Source: Bifidobacteriaceae bacterium (GTDB lineage: Bacteria > Actinomycetota > Actinomycetes > Actinomycetales > Bifidobacteriaceae). From it: a stretch of 61,791 nt of DNA. Location: the NCBI GenBank assembly GCA_029227215.1, contig JAQXZM010000029.1, positions 1 to 61,791 of the forward strand, written 5' to 3'. Below, in pieces: positions 60,975-61,791 of the stretch; the stretch's first letter is position 1, and each line of letters starts with the position of its first letter. The position numbers and the translations under genes were made by a program. Below the pieces are notes generated by a model. It searched no databases, was not told where the DNA came from, and worked only from the letters and a program-made list of their open reading frames with translations.

Positions 60975-61791
60975 CTACGCCTGGTGAGCCGGCATCGGGC
61001 CGGTCATCCACACGCGCTCGAGGTAATCCTCGATGGAGCGGTCGGAGCTGAAGTAGCCGGAGTTGGCCACGTTGAGCACAGCCATGCGAGCCCACTTCTG
61101 CTCGTCGCGGTAGGTCTCCTCGATCTCGGACTGGATGTCCATGTAGGAACGGAAGTCGGCGAGGGTCATGAAGTAATCCTTCGTGAGCCAATCGTTGACC
61201 AGGTCCTTGTAGGTGTCCTTGTCGCCATTGGAGAACGTGCCGTCAGCAACCATGTCGATGGCCTGCTTGAGGTCGGGGTCGGACTCGTAGTAGCTGCGGG
61301 ACAGGCCCTTGGTGTCGTAGCCCTTGGCGTACAGGTCGGTGACCTCGTCCACGTTCATGCCGAACAGGAAGAAGTTCTCAGCGCCCACGAGGTTGCGGAT
61401 CTCAACGTTTGCACCGTCGAGCGTGCCGACGGTGAGAGCGCCGTTGAGAGCAAACTTCATGTTGCCGGTGCCGGAAGCTTCCTTGCCAGCCTGGGAGATC
61501 TGCTCATCGAGATCGGTGGCCGGGATGAGGTTCTCGGCGAGCTCGATGTTGTAGTTCCACGGGAAGTAGACGGCCAGCTTGCCCTTGACGGCCGGGTCGT
61601 TGTTGATGACGCGGGACACGTTGTTGATGAGCTGGATGGTCTGCTTGGCGAGGTAGTAGCCCGGGGCGGCCTTGGCGCCGAAGAACACGGTGCGCGGCAC
61701 GAGGTCGTCGGGGTTGATCTTGCCGGACTTGATGTTCGCGTAGGTGGAGATCACGGCGAGGATCTTCAGGGCCTGGCGCTTGTACTCGTGC
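60975..61791 (-). CDS. glgP: Glycogen/starch phosphorylase, 3' part (5' end outside the window)
   Basis: HEYKRQ, AKAAPGY, EASGTGNMKF, GTLDGANVEI, FSSDRSI. Confidence 0.95.
   Translation of the reverse strand, partial: HEYKRQALKILAVISTYANIKSGKINPDDLVPRTVFFGAKAAPGYYLAKQTIQLINNVSRVINNDPAVKGKLAVYFPWNYNIELAENLIPATDLDEQISQAGKEASGTGNMKFALNGALTVGTLDGANVEIRNLVGAENFFLFGMNVDEVTDLYAKGYDTKGLSRSYYESDPDLKQAIDMVADGTFSNGDKDTYKDLVNDWLTKDYFMTLADFRSYMDIQSEIEETYRDEQKWARMAVLNVANSGYFSSDRSIEDYLERVWMTGPMPAHQA

Overview
High-GC actinobacterial chromosome segment spanning the replication origin. Gene content and order point to Bifidobacteriaceae; the genus cannot be fixed from sequence alone. Core origin block: rsmG-jag-yidC-yidD-rnpA-rpmH <- oriC/dnaA-dnaN-recF-dciA(DUF721)-gyrB-gyrA-DUF3566, with DnaA boxes on both sides of dnaA and a DnaA-trio element at ~16.81 kb. 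Left of rsmG, where parAB usually follows, lies an accessory stretch: the 5' end of an IS607-family element, an AbiL/RloAB-like ATPase + RloB pair, a truncated surface protein, a secreted coiled-coil protein, a tight parS cluster, an acidic orphan and a HigBA-type TA module. A lone AAA ATPase splits yidC from jag. To the right are a Type ISP restriction-modification enzyme, metY, yhbY, a permease, hydrolases, the fhaA...pknB cluster, pabA, a sortase, DUF881, crgA, a rhomboid and the 3' end of glgP. The least explained signals are non-coding: three dispersed palindromic repeat families (a 71-bp-period hairpin array, a fixed 69-bp element in 6 copies, and a GTRG-led 16-mer that has entered reading frames including recF); a candidate ~120-nt structured, anti-SD-rich sRNA upstream of yhbY; a 46-bp-phased 12-mer triplet beside oriC; and a remote DnaA-box cluster next to a ~270-bp polypyrimidine tract. 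No tRNA, rRNA, cas gene or true CRISPR array was seen. All family calls come from motif recognition by eye, not database searches.
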